Assembly: GCA_038228545.1 (NCBI GenBank)
Contig: JBBRPE010000004.1
Span: 161-64,160 of the forward strand
DNA: 64,000 nucleotides
DNA from: Minisyncoccia bacterium
GTDB lineage: Bacteria > Patescibacteriota > Minisyncoccia > Phycocordibacterales > Phycocordibacteraceae
Direction of reading: 5' to 3'
Under the pieces are notes generated by a model. The model was not told where the DNA came from and made no database searches. It saw only the letters and a list, made by a program, of their open reading frames with translations. Shown here one piece after another: positions 19,551 through 28,748 of the stretch (position 1 is the first letter of the stretch; the number at the start of each line of letters is the position of its first letter). The translations under genes and the position numbers were made by a program.

Positions 19551-19623
19551 GGAATAACTCCGTGATGTGCCCGGACAGGATCGTCCAGGGGGAGTATGCA
19601 CTTGTTTTTCGTACCTGCAAATC

Positions 19624-20952
19624 TCAGTCAACATCGCCCAAGTAGGGAAGAGGGAATATCTTCTTGCGATCTTCCGCTTGAAAAAGTGCGTCACGTCTCT
19701 TTTGTGAACCACTGCCGATACTGTGTCCTCGTGAGGCTATAACACCTGCTCGCGTAGCCTTCATAGAGGAACCAAGGTAGATGCTCCCTTGACCATATCT
19801 ATCCGTAAGTTCGTCTACTTTCTCAAAGAGACGCACCACTCCAGCAGCCTTCTTCGGATTGGTAAATAAATCCGGTTGGGATTCTTTTGATTCGTGCAGT
19901 CCAGTGAGCGTTACTCCTGTTGCTCGATAGCGAGTACCTTTTTGAAATACGTTTTGAAAATTCGGCTCGAGCGCCGCGAGAAGCTCGTGCGGCGCATTCG
20001 TAGCTTGTACGAGCTTAATCTCACATCCTTTGTAGCGGAATTCACTTGATTTAAGAAAGAACGATACGCCTTTAGCCACTAATCCGTGGTGTCGTGCCTT
20101 TACACACGCCGCTTCTATATTTTTTGAAAGTTGAGAATAGAGAAAATCAGCTTCGCTTGTGGAAGGAGAAAAGGTACGAGTCTTTTGGATTGAGTGATAA
20201 CTGTCTTTGGCTACCGTTGCAAGGTCATACACCGAAATACCGTTTAACTCCTGCCACGTTTCGATACCCGGCTTCGTTAGAAGAGTGCGTACCCATATTT
20301 CGTCTTTCTTCGCAAAATCGAGAGCAGTTTTAATTCCATGTTTGTTTAAAAGCTCCGCGGTATTGGGCCCAATGCCCCAAATATTTCCTATTTTCGTATT
20401 CTCAAGGTACCGGTCTTTCTCCATAAGACGTATGGGTGTAAAACCATCCGGTTTGGCATATTTCGAACCAACCTTCGCAAGTACTTTCGTGCACGCGAGT
20501 CCAACTGAGAAGGTAATATCAAGCTCACGCCGCAAATCATCTTTAATCTTTCGGGCGATTTCCTCATAGTTCATGTGGTGTACTCGTCGCATGCCGGTAA
20601 TGTCTCCAAAGCACTCATCGATACCGTACTCCTCTACCTCCGGAGTGTAACGCCGCATGATTTCATTCATGCGAATGGAATAGAGTGTGTAGAGCTCGTA
20701 GTCCGACGACACGATAATTGCTTCCGGACAAATCTTTTTTACATCAGCCAGACGTATGCCACGCGTAATTCCGCGAGCCTTTGCTTCGTAGGTGGCGGCA
20801 GAAACAATACCGCGCTCGGCACCGGTCACCACGGGCTTCCCACGTAGTGCTGGGTTGCGCGCCACTTCGCATGCGGCGAAGAAGGAATCGCCGTCTACAT
20901 GGATAATCGCACGCGGGTAGTGGTACGCCTTACCCCACCCAACCTCATTCAT
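19624..20952 (-). CDS. dinB: Y-family DNA polymerase IV (DinB)
   Basis: IIHVDGDSFFAACE (catalytic Asp pair) and IDECFGDITG (catalytic Glu) are retained, with little-finger and C-terminal regions. Immediately downstream of lexA on the same strand. Confidence 0.85.
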   Translation of the reverse strand: MNEVGWGKAYHYPRAIIHVDGDSFFAACEVARNPALRGKPVVTGAERGIVSAATYEAKARGITRGIRLADVKKICPEAIIVSSDYELYTLYSIRMNEIMRRYTPEVEEYGIDECFGDITGMRRVHHMNYEEIARKIKDDLRRELDITFSVGLACTKVLAKVGSKYAKPDGFTPIRLMEKDRYLENTKIGNIWGIGPNTAELLNKHGIKTALDFAKKDEIWVRTLLTKPGIETWQELNGISVYDLATVAKDSYHSIQKTRTFSPSTSEADFLYSQLSKNIEAACVKARHHGLVAKGVSFFLKSSEFRYKGCEIKLVQATNAPHELLAALEPNFQNVFQKGTRYRATGVTLTGLHESKESQPDLFTNPKKAAGVVRLFEKVDELTDRYGQGSIYLGSSMKATRAGVIASRGHSIGSGSQKRRDALFQAEDRKKIFPLPYLGDVD

Positions 20953-21147
20953 ATGAATCGCGAAACTGTCGCGTGGCTTCGTCGTACATCCGGTTCATGA
21001 TTCCTATGAGGAGGCTGTGCTTACCGAACTGCTATGTGCTGACTCTGCAGAAAGCGGTGCCCTGTCTTGCGGCGTGTCTCGAATATCGCACGGTCCTGCC
21101 ATGCTCCTACTGACACCATGGACCTCACTAGTTCTTTGGTACTCATA

Positions 21148-21711
21148 TTAGTATTTGCGTACGACGCCGGTAACGACGGCCTCGATAGTTAAATTGCCCT
21201 TCGGATAAATCGGCTTGTACGCACTATTCGCAGGCTCGAGGAAATAGTGCTCCCCTGACTTCCGGAGGTATTTCATCGTGTATTCGCCCTCAATCGAGGC
21301 AATGACTATCTGCCCGACCTTTGCCGTACGACGCTCGACGATGACGAGATCACCCGGGCATATGCCGGCGTCTATCATGCTTTCCCCCTTCACTTTGAGA
21401 ACATAACTCGATTCCTTGTTGGGTGTCAGATATTCGTCAAAGTCCATGACATCGAGCAGCTCTTCCTCAGCAGAGGAGGGGAAGCCAGCTTCCACAAGGC
21501 CGAGTAGTGGAATACCCGCGAGCGTGCGCCCTGGTGAAAGCCGACCTTCGCGATCTTTGGCAAGTACGCCTTCCTCGACTAATTTATTAATAAGCTTATA
21601 GACCGAGTTCTTCGAGGCAAGACCTGTTGCCTCCATGATTTCCTTATAGCCGGGCATGCGCTTGTGGCGCTCCCAGAATCCAATGACTTTTCGTTTATAA
21701 GTGTCGTACAC
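21148..21711 (-). CDS. lexA: LexA repressor (SOS response transcriptional repressor, S24 peptidase)
   Basis: N-terminal winged-helix region (MPGYKEIMEATGLASKNSVYKLINKLVEEGVL). C-terminal S24 domain with Ser in VKGESMIDAGI and Lys in VVTGVVRKY. Confidence 0.9.
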   Translation of the reverse strand: MYDTYKRKVIGFWERHKRMPGYKEIMEATGLASKNSVYKLINKLVEEGVLAKDREGRLSPGRTLAGIPLLGLVEAGFPSSAEEELLDVMDFDEYLTPNKESSYVLKVKGESMIDAGICPGDLVIVERRTAKVGQIVIASIEGEYTMKYLRKSGEHYFLEPANSAYKPIYPKGNLTIEAVVTGVVRKY

Positions 21712-21725
21712 GGTCTTTCCAGTAT

Positions 21726-21745
21726 AGGTGAACTGTGGTTCACCT
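21726..21745. promoter_or_regulatory. LexA operator (SOS box), Cheo-box type: AGGTGAAC-TGTG-GTTCACCT
   Basis: A GAAC-N4-GTTC core inside a 20-bp perfect palindrome, 15-34 bp upstream of the lexA ATG, in the divergent intergenic region shared with the DUF1059 gene. Confidence 0.7.
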
Positions 21746-21805
21746 GCAAGTTGTGGATAGCTGACAGTGGTACAATCTGGCTATACCAACTTCGAATTCT
21801 TATCT

Positions 21806-22021
21806 ATGAAGACCATGACTTGTGCTCAAATGGGCGGCATGTGCGATACCGCGGTTAGTGCTGAAACCAAGGACGAAATGATGGCTAAGGGTATGGAGCA
21901 TCTCGACGCAGCTCATCCGGAAATGGCGGCAACTGTTAAATCTATGGCTCATGACGACCCTATGATGGTCGCGTGGGTAGAGAAATTCAACGCAGACTGG
22001 GAGGCTGCTCCTGAGGTCTAG
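21806..22021 (+). CDS. DUF1059 family small protein
   Basis: MKTMTCAQMGGMCDTAVSAETKDEMMAKGMEHL... matches the MKxxxCxxxGxxCD start pattern of DUF1059. Start at an internal Met of track ORF 21767..22021. Confidence 0.6.
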   Translation: MKTMTCAQMGGMCDTAVSAETKDEMMAKGMEHLDAAHPEMAATVKSMAHDDPMMVAWVEKFNADWEAAPEV

Positions 22022-22067
22022 TACAAACGACTACAGAATGACAAAAGCGCTCACTCGAGCGCTTTTG

Positions 22068-22661
22068 TCATTCGCGACCCTTCTTGTTTCTAAAAATAAA
22101 ATAGAAGAATAGATAGCTAAGGATGACGACAGCCACTAACATGCCAAGCGCGAACGAGGCAATACGCGCATCTGCCTCCCATGCCGCACCGATGTAGTAT
22201 CCGACAGAAAGATATACCGCACAGCAGAGTAGGTTTCCGAGCGTATCAAAAATGAGGTACGTTACTCGTGACGTTTGCGAGAGGCCAACTATTGCGTTCG
22301 CTGGTGTTCCGGCAAAGCCGACAAGGCGTGAAAGAAATATAGTCGCTTCCGGATAGCGGCCGACATATCCTTCAAGACGGCTTGCAAGTGAACTATTTTT
22401 TACGTAGCGTCGGTATCCTTGATGCTTTCCGAGGCGACGAGAAATAGAGAACACAATGTAATCGCCGATGACGCTGGCGAGTGTCGAGACGACGAGAAGA
22501 TACCAGAAATTAAAATATCCCTGGTGCACGAGTGCACCCATCGCGATGAGAAGTATGCCAACCGGTAGAAAAGTTGAAAGTTCACTCGCAACAACTATGG
22601 CAAATAGCGCGATGTACCCGTACTGCAGTATGTAGAGAAGTTCGACGTGGGAGAAGCCCAT
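22068..22661 (-). CDS. DedA/VTT (SNARE-associated) family membrane protein
   Basis: GYIALFAIVVASELSTFLPVGILLIAMGALV...SVIGDYIVFSISRRLG is typical of the DedA family. Confidence 0.75.
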   Translation of the reverse strand: MGFSHVELLYILQYGYIALFAIVVASELSTFLPVGILLIAMGALVHQGYFNFWYLLVVSTLASVIGDYIVFSISRRLGKHQGYRRYVKNSSLASRLEGYVGRYPEATIFLSRLVGFAGTPANAIVGLSQTSRVTYLIFDTLGNLLCCAVYLSVGYYIGAAWEADARIASFALGMLVAVVILSYLFFYFIFRNKKGRE

Positions 22662-22694
22662 GTCGACGAGTATACCCTAGAGCACTCTGGAGAA

Positions 22695-25600
22695 TTAATG
22701 AGATGTGGCGTCCTCTCCCGCAAAGCGAGCGAGCACATCTTTACCTGGCCAACGGTAGTAGAGCATAGGTATAAGTACGAGCGTAAGAAGAAGCGAGAAA
22801 GCGAGACCAGCCATGATGGCGAAGGCGAGTGGAGCCCAGAATGCACTCGCAAGGGTGAGGGGAATCATACCTACGACGGTTACGACGGTGGTGAGTAGGA
22901 TTGGACGAAGACGAGTCGAAGCAGCTTCGACGACCACCTCTTCAAGATTCATTTCCGGATGCTCGTTATGGATGCGAGCGATAGAGTCCATGAGAATAAT
23001 GGCGTGGTTGATGATGACGCCGGCAAGTGCAATGACTCCCAACATCGAAGTAAGAGAAAGCGGTTGACCTACGAGCGAGAGACCTGCGAACACCCCGATA
23101 AGCGAGAGCGGAATGATAAGAAGCAGATAAAGGGAGTGGCGGAAGGAGTTGAATTCAAGAACGAGAATAGTAAGCATCAGCGCTGCACCAGCAACAAGTG
23201 CAAGAAATAGTTCGGTAAATGATTTCGTAACGTCTGCTGATGCGCCGCCGAGATCCATCGTTACTCCGGTGCCTATCATGTCGGGAGTGAATTTCTTCTG
23301 GAATGTCTTCGTGACCTCAATAGCGTTTGCCTTCGCACTGACATCAGCAGTGACGGTCGTAATGCGGTTGCCTGCCTGGTGGTTAATCGCAGATTGTGCT
23401 GGCTCATACGTGATGTTTGCAATCGTTGAAAGAGGAACGGGACCTTTAGCGCCCGGCACGGTAAGTGCTCGCACTGAATCAATAGTTGTGTGTGTCGTCT
23501 CCGACGGGTCTTTGTAGTTTGGATTCAAATCAAGTTTCGTGCGTACTTCGATGTCGTCCTTACCGGTGCGTATGGAGGTAGCTTTTGCACTATAGAGTGC
23601 GGTACGAAGCGTGTCGGCGACGACCGCAGGCGAAACACCGAGCTCAGTCGCTTTTGCACTATCGAGCGCTACAACGAACTCTGCCGAGGAAGTCTTCGTG
23701 CTTGAGTTTATGTTCACTACACCGGGAATGTCGGCGAGTATATGTGCTGCGTTGTCTGCGGTAGTCGCAAGCGCGCCCAGGTCCTGGCCCGAGAACGTAA
23801 TGGTGACTGGAGAAGAGGAAGGTGGTCCGCCCTGCGGCTCGCCGACCGTAATGGTGGCTGAGCTTATACCCGCGAGCTGCTTACGGAGTTCGGTTACAAA
23901 CTGCGCACTTGTTTCTCGGTGTCCCTTCGGAAGATTCACCGTAATGTTGCCGACACTCGAACCAGAAGAAGGTCCGGTAAGGCCGCCCCCTGCAAATGAG
24001 CTTCCAGCACCAGACTCGCTTACAAAGGAAGCAACGTGTTTATTGGCGTAGAGTACTTCTTCAGCCTCACGCACCGAGAGGTCGGTTACGGTGAGTTCCG
24101 TGCCCTGGGGTTTTTCTATCTGAACGTAGACATAATCCGAATCAGCACCGGGGAAGAATATTGATTTGAGAATGCCGGTCGCAGGAAGTGCGAGCGCAAG
24201 TATGAAAAGCACACCCATGGCGATAAGGAATCGGTTCTGATTCTGCTTGTTGTTGAGTAACTTATGCAAGAAGCCTCGGTACCAGGTCTTTGCCATCTGG
24301 TTGTACTTTTCCTGACGACGTTCTATTTCAGAGTGCGTCGGCTTTACAAAGAAGACAGCGAGGAGCGGCACAAAGCCGAGTGCAACAAAGATGCTCGCGA
24401 GGAGTACAAAGATGACGGTGAATGGTATAGATGCGAGAAACTTTCCAACAATGCCGGACAGGAAAAAGAGCGGTATGAATACCACGATAGTGGTGAACGT
24501 GCCGGCGATAAGCGGCCATGCGTATTCTCGGATAGCGGCGACCGCAGCGTCGTGCTTATTTCCAGATTTAAGTAAGCGTGTGTGGAATGCTTCCACCACC
24601 ACGATGCCGGAATCGACCAGGATTCCGATTGCAAGGATGAGCGAGAAAAGAGATACGTTGTTGAGTGTGTTTCCGGAAGCCTGCAAACCAATGAACGCGA
24701 CGAGGAATGAAAGTGGAATGGATGCCGCCGCCACAAGTGACTCGCGCCAGCCGAGTGTGAGAAGCAGTACGAGCATAACGAGCGCAACGGTCTCGAGACC
24801 TGCGCGCGTAAGCTCGGTGAGGCTCTTGTTTACTTCCTCGGCACCATTGAATGAAATAACAGTCTCAGTGCCGGCAAGAATGCCACCCTTCTTAAGTTCA
24901 TCAAGCTTCTTCTCGACCGCATGACCGGTATCCACAATGTTTCCACCGCGCGATTTGTAGATAGTGAGTGTGAGCGACGGGTTCGCTGGTTTTCCGGCAA
25001 GAGAAACGCGGGAGTAGGTGGTCGCGTCCTCAAGACCGTCCACAACGTCAGCGACGTCGCGTACATGAAGCGCTGTGCCTCCCGGTCCTGGGATAGCAAC
25101 ACCCGCTACTTGGTCCGTTGTGGTTACACCCGACTCGAATCGCACTGCGTAATTTACTCCGTCAACCGTGATAGCTCCGGCGGGGGAAGCAATACCTGCG
25201 GCGCGGATAGCGTTTGTAACGTCTGAAAGAGAGAGATTGTACTGCCGTAAACGTTCCTGTTTTACGATGACTTGCACTTGGCGAGCGCGCACACCAGAAA
25301 TACCCACCTTCGACACACCGGCGATACGCTTTACTTCGTCCGAAACGGATTCACCGAGTGCAGTCAATTCCTGAGGAGCGAGATTTCCAGAAACGGAAAC
25401 GATGAGAATAGGCTGGTCGGCGAAGTTAACATCTGACACAGTCGGTGCGAGTGCTTCGGTGGGAAGGTTCGGGCGAACTTTGTCGACGGCGTCCTTGAGA
25501 AGCTGAATGGACTTATCGATATTTGCTGATGCATCAAACTCTACAGAAACTTGTGATATACCGTCGCCTGATGTGGAAGTGACCTTGGAAACATGTTCAA

Positions 25601-25823
25601 CACCAAGCACGCCGCTTTCGATTTTATCGGTAACGAGCCGCTCAGTGTCCGCAGCAGAAGCTCCGGGAAGAGCGGTTACGATAACGCCGAGTGGAATGGC
25701 TATATCCGGCGTAGCCTCCTTTGGTATGCCCGCAACCGAGTAGAGACCGGCGGCAAGAAGTGCCACCATAAGAAAGACGGTGAAGTGATGCTTTTTGAGG
25801 AAAAAGCTCCAGAATTTTGTCAT
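22695..25823 (-). CDS. RND superfamily efflux transporter permease (AcrB/HAE1-like)
   Basis: 1042 aa with 12 TMS and large periplasmic loops; conserved RND topology. Immediately downstream of the adaptor gene. Confidence 0.9.
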   Translation of the reverse strand: MTKFWSFFLKKHHFTVFLMVALLAAGLYSVAGIPKEATPDIAIPLGVIVTALPGASAADTERLVTDKIESGVLGVEHVSKVTSTSGDGISQVSVEFDASANIDKSIQLLKDAVDKVRPNLPTEALAPTVSDVNFADQPILIVSVSGNLAPQELTALGESVSDEVKRIAGVSKVGISGVRARQVQVIVKQERLRQYNLSLSDVTNAIRAAGIASPAGAITVDGVNYAVRFESGVTTTDQVAGVAIPGPGGTALHVRDVADVVDGLEDATTYSRVSLAGKPANPSLTLTIYKSRGGNIVDTGHAVEKKLDELKKGGILAGTETVISFNGAEEVNKSLTELTRAGLETVALVMLVLLLTLGWRESLVAAASIPLSFLVAFIGLQASGNTLNNVSLFSLILAIGILVDSGIVVVEAFHTRLLKSGNKHDAAVAAIREYAWPLIAGTFTTIVVFIPLFFLSGIVGKFLASIPFTVIFVLLASIFVALGFVPLLAVFFVKPTHSEIERRQEKYNQMAKTWYRGFLHKLLNNKQNQNRFLIAMGVLFILALALPATGILKSIFFPGADSDYVYVQIEKPQGTELTVTDLSVREAEEVLYANKHVASFVSESGAGSSFAGGGLTGPSSGSSVGNITVNLPKGHRETSAQFVTELRKQLAGISSATITVGEPQGGPPSSSPVTITFSGQDLGALATTADNAAHILADIPGVVNINSSTKTSSAEFVVALDSAKATELGVSPAVVADTLRTALYSAKATSIRTGKDDIEVRTKLDLNPNYKDPSETTHTTIDSVRALTVPGAKGPVPLSTIANITYEPAQSAINHQAGNRITTVTADVSAKANAIEVTKTFQKKFTPDMIGTGVTMDLGGASADVTKSFTELFLALVAGAALMLTILVLEFNSFRHSLYLLLIIPLSLIGVFAGLSLVGQPLSLTSMLGVIALAGVIINHAIILMDSIARIHNEHPEMNLEEVVVEAASTRLRPILLTTVVTVVGMIPLTLASAFWAPLAFAIMAGLAFSLLLTLVLIPMLYYRWPGKDVLARFAGEDATSH

Positions 25824-25844
25824 AAGGATGCGGGCAGGGTTACG

Positions 25845-27395
25845 CTACTGCGTTACCGTAGTTGCTACGTTTACCTTCTGTCCCTCAGAAAGTCCGCGTG
25901 CATCGGTGACGATACGAAGATCTGTCGGAAGGGAAGAGGTTATTTCAATCCGGTCGCCACGTACATTGCCGATATCGACCGAATGTGCGACAAGCTTCCC
26001 GTCTTCGCCGACGGAAAATACGACGCGCGCCGACGGGGTGAGCTTGAGCGTCGTGAGTGGAAGAAGAAGCGGACCAGTCGAGGTTGCAGATGAAACAACG
26101 GGAGCGCCCGGAAGGGCGATACGTACCGACTGACCGTTTACGAGATCACTCGTGCCCGTAAGTGCTACGTGTACTTCAATTTGTTTCGTCACCGGGTCAA
26201 GAGCTGGAGCAATCGAAGTAACGGTTGCTGGATACTTGTCTTCAATCATCACTTTGGTTCCGACGGTAAGAAGCGCGCGCGTGTCTTCCGATACGTAGGC
26301 GACAATCTCGAGTGCGCCGTTCTGCGCTACGGTAGCAACGTGGGTGAAAGCAGTTACATAGTCGCCTACGTGAATAGAAAGAAAGTTGACGGTGCCGCCG
26401 ATGGGAGCACGGACGAGCGTTTTCTCAAACTGGGCCTGTGCTGCTCGAAGTGACCCAAGTGCAATCTTCACACTTGCATCTGCCCCCGCTGTTGCTTGCG
26501 TGCCCTGGCTTTGGTTTACCTGCTTTGCTGCGGTAATGCCTGCTTGGAGCGAAGCAAGACTTGCGCGCGCTGTCGCGAGCGAAGCGAGCTGTGTGGCGTT
26601 TGCGTCCGAACCCGGCTTTGTAGCTGTGGCAGCAATGTCGGTAACGAGTGCGCTCGCTTGGCGGACGTCGGCGTCCGCTTCGCTTAAGAGTGTCGGTGCA
26701 TCAACAGAAGATGCCGAAGCGAGATGTGCGCGCCAGGTATTCATTGCATACGTGAGCGCTTGGCGCTTCAGTGGGAAGTAGCTGAAATCATAGGGCGAGG
26801 GAGAAATGAGGAACTGCGGTCCTTGTGGTCCCGGATTTCCATAAAATGCGTCGACATTGGTCTTCAAAATAGAATCGAGCGAATTATACGCAGCGGTGTA
26901 GGTATTGAGAGCGCTGGTAGCGATGTCGGTTGGGGACGCACTGGAGCGCGCAGCAATAGCCGCGTCGTACGAACCTTCTGCCTGAAGGACTGCGGCGCGT
27001 TGGCTCGCGTTATCAAGCTCCGCAATTACAAAACCTACCGGTACGCTTGAGCCAACATGTGTATGAATACCGGTCACGGTTCCGCCTGACTGTGCGAGTA
27101 GGTCTGCCTCAGTTATGGAGCGTACCGAGCCGATAACACCGACGGAAGATGTATTGCCGGACAGATCTGAAACGGGAGCAAGTGTGACGGTTGGAACGCT
27201 GTTGTCAGTCGTTGCGGCAGAGCCCAAATTAGAAAGGAATGAGACTACTGCAAAGAGCGCGACGACGACGACGACAGCGATAAGTGCCTGGAGCCAGAGC
27301 GCAAGTGCGCGAAAACGCTTCCACGTACGGCGAAGGAATGTTTTCACCGGTGCGAGCCGGTTTGTGAGAGAACGGAGAGAGAAGATGCGTGCCAT
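25845..27395 (-). CDS. RND efflux periplasmic adaptor (membrane fusion protein, HlyD family) with extended coiled-coil
   Basis: N-terminal TM anchor, long alpha-helical hairpin region (ASLQAGITAAKQVNQSQG...), and beta-barrel/lipoyl-like segments (GTVTGIHTHVGSSV, GTVNFLSIHVGDYV). Confidence 0.8.
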   Translation of the reverse strand: MARIFSLRSLTNRLAPVKTFLRRTWKRFRALALWLQALIAVVVVVALFAVVSFLSNLGSAATTDNSVPTVTLAPVSDLSGNTSSVGVIGSVRSITEADLLAQSGGTVTGIHTHVGSSVPVGFVIAELDNASQRAAVLQAEGSYDAAIAARSSASPTDIATSALNTYTAAYNSLDSILKTNVDAFYGNPGPQGPQFLISPSPYDFSYFPLKRQALTYAMNTWRAHLASASSVDAPTLLSEADADVRQASALVTDIAATATKPGSDANATQLASLATARASLASLQAGITAAKQVNQSQGTQATAGADASVKIALGSLRAAQAQFEKTLVRAPIGGTVNFLSIHVGDYVTAFTHVATVAQNGALEIVAYVSEDTRALLTVGTKVMIEDKYPATVTSIAPALDPVTKQIEVHVALTGTSDLVNGQSVRIALPGAPVVSSATSTGPLLLPLTTLKLTPSARVVFSVGEDGKLVAHSVDIGNVRGDRIEITSSLPTDLRIVTDARGLSEGQKVNVATTVTQ

Positions 27396-27615
27396 AGGGT
27401 ATATAAGGTATGGGCAGAATATACCTTAAAGTGCGTAATTAGTCAATTTCTAGGCCGTATATCGTCTTCCTGGATACTTCATGTATGTACTGGCATACTC
27501 GTTTCAGAACGAAAACGCTGGACGTCAAGCCAAAAGCGAGTAGTGTGAGCACTAGCGAACGGAAATGTCGTCCGGCCAGCCCAGGTCATATATAAGGTAG
27601 TAAAGAAAATTATCC

Positions 27616-28641
27616 ATGATTCATACATTCATAGCTCACCGCATCGTTGCAACAGTTGCGATGCCAATCGTCGCCGCAGGCGGCTGGGCAGGCTACAACG
27701 CCTACCAGAACCCAAACCAATATCAGCAGAACCAGTATCCGCAGTACCAGAGTACGAACGGACAGCTTTCCTCATACGCTGTAGACGCTCCAAGCCAACT
27801 TTCCATCGGACAGTCGGGCACGTGGACGGTACGTGTTGTAGGAAACACTTACAACGGTGGCCAGCTCCACTACTCGGTGCAGTGGGGAGACGAGAACATG
27901 GGTGGTACTACCTATGCTGCAAATAGTTATTATTCTGCGCAGACCGTTAACTCGTCCGGCTCATTCACGCACGTCTACAACGTTGCGGGTACGTTCCGTC
28001 CGATTTTTACGGTAACGGATGACTATGGACATGCTACTCAGGCAAGTGCCTCTACTCTTGTTACCGGAAACGGAGCTTATGGAAATGGTGGTAACGGCGG
28101 CACTACTGGCTACTGCCCACAAGGCTACTACTTCCAGAATGGCTACTGCTATGCCAACAACTCGAACGGCGGCTACAACGGAACTACCGGAAACAACTCA
28201 GCGTACTGCAATAGTAACGCTGGATGGTATGACCGAAACTGTGGCCACACGAACGGAGGCAACACGGGCGGCTACACCGGTGGCTACACGAGCGGCACGG
28301 GGAATTATCCTTCCGGCTGCACGACGTTTTACGACCGCGACTGCTACGTAAATAACCAGTACGTCGGACCAAGCTTCGGCGGTTCCGGAACTACTTACAA
28401 CGGTCCTGGCGATACGTGCTACTACCTCAATGGTCAGTGGCAGGGTAACTGCTCAAATACGAGCGGAACTAACGGTAGTTACAATTCCGGCTACAACCGT
28501 GGTTACAACGGAGGAAACTATAATTCGGGTTACAACTCCAGTCCTAATGGACAGAACACACTCGGCGGACCAAATGGCGTAGATTACAGTTGTTACTACG
28601 ACCGTGCGTGCCTCGCGCAATCGCAGGGACGCGGTTTCTAA
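27616..28641 (+). CDS. Secreted protein with PKD-like domain and G/N/Y/T/C-rich low-complexity tail
   Basis: N-terminal hydrophobic anchor. HYSVQWGDENMGG...GSFTHVYNVAGTFRPIFTVTDDYGHA fits the PKD consensus (WxFGDG...HxY...GxYxVxLxVxD). Terminator downstream. Confidence 0.55.
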   Translation: MIHTFIAHRIVATVAMPIVAAGGWAGYNAYQNPNQYQQNQYPQYQSTNGQLSSYAVDAPSQLSIGQSGTWTVRVVGNTYNGGQLHYSVQWGDENMGGTTYAANSYYSAQTVNSSGSFTHVYNVAGTFRPIFTVTDDYGHATQASASTLVTGNGAYGNGGNGGTTGYCPQGYYFQNGYCYANNSNGGYNGTTGNNSAYCNSNAGWYDRNCGHTNGGNTGGYTGGYTSGTGNYPSGCTTFYDRDCYVNNQYVGPSFGGSGTTYNGPGDTCYYLNGQWQGNCSNTSGTNGSYNSGYNRGYNGGNYNSGYNSSPNGQNTLGGPNGVDYSCYYDRACLAQSQGRGF

Positions 28642-28656
28642 CCGATCCACAAATAG

Positions 28657-28690
28657 AAAAGCGCTCGCACCGCGAGCGCTTTTCTATTTC
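28657..28690 (+). terminator. Rho-independent terminator
   Basis: aaaagcgctcgc accg cgagcgctttt followed by CTATTTCC. Confidence 0.7.
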
Positions 28691-28748
28691 CAGGCTCTCT
28701 GCACGGTATCCACTCGAGTATTCGGCTTCGGGCGTGTAGCATGGAGAG

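Noticed and set aside
19380-19560. Possible tmRNA, RNase P RNA or SRP RNA in the GC-rich block downstream of dinB
   Set aside because: By eye there is no GGTTCGA T-loop with a CCA-proximal acceptor and no ANDENYALAA-type tag reading frame. The RNase P P4 consensus (AGTCCGGGCTCC ... ACAGAACCCGGCTTA) is absent; only a weak AGTCCCGGACGCGC resemblance exists. It remains an unclassified structured region.
22813-25374. Many 60-180-aa ORFs on the plus strand inside the RND pump gene (e.g. 23149..23517, 23611..24051, 24391..24924, 24921..25226)
   Set aside because: They lie antisense to, or overlap, a 1042-aa gene with a clear family signature. Their translations are Ala/Ser/Arg-rich and low complexity, typical of antisense frames of a GC-rich gene.
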